A stretch of DNA of 64,000 nucleotides, from IMG/VR virus record IMGVR_UViG_3300031873_001030. The stretch is one strand, 5' to 3'. The notes beneath the pieces are model-generated. The model had not been told where the DNA came from. It ran no database searches and saw nothing but the letters and a program-made list of their open reading frames with translations. A program made the translations under genes and the position numbers. The stretch comes from a virus. Its lineage: Duplodnaviria > Heunggongvirae > Uroviricota > Caudoviricetes. This document shows positions 61,150 through 64,000 of this stretch, in pieces (positions within the stretch are counted from its first letter, which is position 1; each line of letters opens with the position of its first letter).

Positions 61150-61425
61150 ATGGTAGTATCTTTTCCATTCTTATGGGATGAATTGATTCAACAATTGTTA
61201 CTTAGTGTGACAGGTAGCCCATTACTTGTTGGTCTAATCGGAATATTTTTCATCGGAGTGTTAGGATTGGCAATGAGATTGACATTAGAGATACAGCTAA
61301 TTGCGATGTTCTTTTTTATAATGCTAATTGCTGTCGCATATATACCATGGATAAGTGGAGTTGTGCTAATTGTAGCTGGAATATTCGTTGGAATGTTTTT
61401 CTTTTACACGTTTTTCAGAGGATAA
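61150..61425 (+). CDS. small membrane protein (three TM helices)
   Basis: ORF track. Confidence 0.55.
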   Translation: MVVSFPFLWDELIQQLLLSVTGSPLLVGLIGIFFIGVLGLAMRLTLEIQLIAMFFFIMLIAVAYIPWISGVVLIVAGIFVGMFFFYTFFRG

Positions 61426-61426
61426 T

Positions 61427-61615
61427 ATGGAATTTGAAAAAGAATTGCAGTGCCCAAGATGCAGGACAAATTCACTGATAGATATAGGTGATTGGGATGA
61501 TGAGAATCTTTTCAAGTGCGTGTCTTGCAGATATTGGTTTCTGGAATCTTACATAAGAGGAAAAAATAATGATGCGTTGTGTCTGCATGAAGTGCCGATA
61601 GGAGATTTAAAATGA
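61427..61615 (+). CDS. zinc-ribbon protein (CPRC...CVSC)
   Basis: ATG 61427 lies 2 nt after the previous stop; in frame with track ORF 61388..61615. Confidence 0.5.
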   Translation: MEFEKELQCPRCRTNSLIDIGDWDDENLFKCVSCRYWFLESYIRGKNNDALCLHEVPIGDLK

Positions 61616-61830
61616 AATATCTGTACAACAAAGTTTCAGAAAAAATAGATGAGCTGATAAGGAAGAGCCCGAAGAGGGAGTTGGATATGGAATTATTGAA
61701 GAGGAGTCTTCCAAATAAGATAAGGCTTACAAGATTTGACGTATTGAGCATTGTGAGAGAAATGGAAAAAGATGGTTGTTTCGTTATCGATGGCAATAAA
61801 CTCAGAAAGGAGGTGAAAACCGATGGTTGA
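61612..61830 (+). CDS. small wHTH-like protein
   Basis: ORF track; ATGA overlap. Confidence 0.45.
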   Translation: MKYLYNKVSEKIDELIRKSPKRELDMELLKRSLPNKIRLTRFDVLSIVREMEKDGCFVIDGNKLRKEVKTDG

Positions 61831-61942
61831 ATACATTGTGAAAATATATAAAAGGAAAAGAGACGGAACTCTGACTGCTAATCTTGTGAGGCATTCTTAT
61901 AAGAAAGGAAAGGCTATAAAGATGGCTAAAGTCAATATTTGA
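61823..61942 (+). CDS. 39-aa basic peptide
   Basis: Overlaps the previous stop by 8 nt. Confidence 0.3.
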   Translation: MVEYIVKIYKRKRDGTLTANLVRHSYKKGKAIKMAKVNI

Positions 61943-61978
61943 TGAATTAAGATATAAAATAGTGGAGGTGAAAAAGAA

Positions 61979-62053
61979 ATGGCAAAAAAATGTTCAAATA
62001 AAGGAAAATTACTCAAAGTCAAGGGAAAAGTTCCCAAAGGTTGGAAAAAATGA
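61979..62053 (+). CDS. 24-aa basic peptide ending GKVPKGWKK
   Basis: GGAGGTG 8 nt upstream; 3' end lies in the 37-bp repeat 62024-62060. Confidence 0.35.
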   Translation: MAKKCSNKGKLLKVKGKVPKGWKK

Positions 62054-62092
62054 AAGAGTTGAAAAATATAAGATGATGGGGGTGAAAAAGAA

Positions 62093-62206
62093 ATGCAAAA
62101 ATGGAAAATTGAAAAAAGCAAAGTGAAAAAATTGAAAAAAATGAAAGGGAAATTTGATAAGATTGACATATATGAAGGAAAAGTTCCAAAAGGTTGGAAA
62201 AAATGA
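62093..62206 (+). CDS. 37-aa basic peptide ending GKVPKGWKK (paralog)
   Basis: GGGGGTG upstream; 3' end lies in the 37-bp repeat 62177-62213. Confidence 0.35.
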   Translation: MQKWKIEKSKVKKLKKMKGKFDKIDIYEGKVPKGWKK

Positions 62207-62349
62207 AAGAGTTAGGAACTGTGAAAAGAGGCAAGGTGAAGATATATTCAGAGAAACAGATGAAGTATCTTCATTTTAAGGAATTGCCTCACACTCACTA
62301 TAAGTATGTTGGAGGAAAGTTAATAAAAAAGAGGCATATATATACATGA
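62203..62349 (+). CDS. 48-aa basic peptide
   Basis: ATGA overlaps at both ends. Confidence 0.35.
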   Translation: MKELGTVKRGKVKIYSEKQMKYLHFKELPHTHYKYVGGKLIKKRHIYT

Positions 62350-64000
62350 CGCTTAAATTTGGAAAAATCAATAAGTTTAGTATGAGATGGCTTATCCTAT
62401 TAGCTATAGTGCCACTGATATTTTTCTCAGGATGTACTAGTCAACCAGGCATAATTTTATCTGCACCAAGCGGTAATCAGACTATATTTTTGACTCATGT
62501 TAATACGACTGTATTTGCATGGAATGGAACAGCTTTATCAGATTTGAATATGAGCATGTATTCGATAATAAATGCGACTTGGGTTAATACCACAAATATA
62601 AATGTCAGTCAGATTTGTTTCAATGGAACTTGTCTATTGTCATGGCCTATAAATTCATCTGCACAGATTATTGCTGTAATAAATAATTCTGGATATTACA
62701 ATATCACAGCTGCGATAGCTTCATACATAAATAATGCGACTGAGAGAAATCTGTTTACTGCGACATATAACATAACTTACAATACATGGGCATACAACCA
62801 GACATCTCCAGCAGTCAGCTATATAGATTGGTTGATACTTGTTTTTAATTCCACTTGGAATTCTACGTATAATGTTACGTATGATACTTGGGCTTATAAC
62901 CAGACAACACCTGCAGTAAATTATGTAGATTGGATTGTAGATACTTTCAATTCAACTTGGAACACCACTTATAACTCGACGTATGACACATGGGCATATA
63001 ACCAGACCACTCCAGCAGTCAGTTATACAAATTGGATTGTAGATATTTTCAACGCGACTTGGAACACAACTTATAATTCTACTTATGACCAATGGACTTA
63101 TAATCAAACACTTCCTGCTATCACATATGCGAACAGTCAATTCATAAATATGTCAAATGCAACTGTAAACCAATGGTTATACAATCAGACAACTCCTGCT
63201 ATAGACTGGGTTATAGCTCAAGGGTACATTAGCCAAGAATCAGAATATAATTCCAATCCACTTGGTTACATAAATGATACTTCGTGGAACATAACTGCAT
63301 GGAACGGTACTTTAGCTTTCAATAATACTTTATCAACTTATGACACATGGGCATATAACCAGACTACACCAGCTATAGATTGGGTCATAGCTCAAGGATA
63401 TACTGGAAATGCTTCATGGAACCAATCGTTAGCTGATACGTTATATTACAGTATCTTGAATCCGAATAATTTCATAAACAGTAGTTATAATGCAACTTAT
63501 GATACATGGTCATACAATCAGACTACTCCAGCTATTGACTGGGTCACAGCTCAAAATTATACTACTAGTAATTTTACATGGAACCAGTCATTAGCAGATA
63601 CACTTTACTACTGGATAACAAATCCAGATAATTTTGTGAATAATACTTATAATTCTACCTATGATACATGGGCTTATAATCAAACAACTCCAGCTATAGA
63701 TTACATACTGTCAAATCCTTATGGCTGGCTTAATACGAGTTATAACTCAACGTATAACACTTATGCTTATAACCAGACACAGCCAGCAATAGATTGGGTT
63801 ATAGCTCAAGGGTACATTAGTCAAGAGTCAGAGTATAACTCAAATCCACTTGGTTACATAAATGATACAAGTTGGAACATATCAGCTTGGAATGGTACTT
63901 TAGCTTTTAACGACACATTGGCTACATATGATACTTGGGCATATAACCAGACACTTCCAGCAATAGATTATGCAAATAGCCAATTCATAAACATGACTAA
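62347..64000 (+). CDS. lipoprotein-like surface protein with (S/N)TYDTWAYNQTTPAIDW repeats; 3' end beyond the window
   Basis: Hand translation shows the frame open from ATG 62347 to the window end. It is not in the ORF track because no stop is reached. N-terminal MRWLILLAIVPLIFFSGC is lipobox-like. At least 11 W/Y-AYNQT units. Confidence 0.8.

Noticed and set aside
1-64000. Stop-codon reassignment as an explanation for the start-less or split ORFs (9281, 10506, 21239)
   Set aside because: ORFs of 1332 and 3752 codons, and dozens of tightly coupled genes, read cleanly in the standard code. The stops in question flank, and do not interrupt, conserved segments. The exception is the methyltransferase, which also lacks its middle part.

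Overview
Visibly AT-rich, gene-dense 64-kb window with archaeal hallmarks. These are a minus-strand tRNA cluster (Tyr with C1-G72, Pro, His with encoded G-1, Asn, intron-containing Gln with A1-U72), a short XPF/ERCC4+HhH2 nuclease, a PCNA-like clamp, an MCM-like AAA+ ATPase with wHTH, an AEP/PrimPol-like protein and a class-III (type IV pilin-like) signal peptide. The content looks like a large mobile element or virus, or an accessory island of a small-genome (DPANN-like) archaeon, not core chromosome. It has dozens of tiny co-oriented ORFs with overlapping stop/start codons and several stand-alone nucleases (ParB-like with AT-hooks, Cas4-like, HNH, two GIY-YIG, XPF). It also has a Ro60-like TROVE+vWA protein beside the tRNAs, five paralogous class-I methyltransferases (one decayed) and a glycan cluster (GT2, GT4, C-methyltransferase, GT-C). 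The right-hand surface module holds a 1332-aa Gly/Val-rich protein, a pilin-like protein, a 3752-aa giant protein with DUF285/BspA-type repeats, and a WAYNQT-repeat lipoprotein-like protein that runs off the window. I recognised no rRNA, CRISPR array, integrase, transposase, capsid or terminase. The most unusual signals are non-coding. (1) A ~2.9-kb strand-asymmetric tract (5088-7945) is built from a degenerate GGTNN pentanucleotide, with shorter copies at three other loci, always in the sense orientation of the neighbouring genes. (2) A 71-nt imperfect hairpin occurs four times with compensatory stem changes. (3) The perfect palindrome TTAACATATGTTAA occurs at least 15 times at gene boundaries, with several copies arranged as repeat-spacer mini-arrays with GC-rich unique spacers. 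(4) A second palindrome family (GAACTTTCTT..AAGAAAGTTC) lies upstream of replication and membrane genes and, in frame, inside two ORFs. All functional calls come from reading motifs by eye; no database search was possible.
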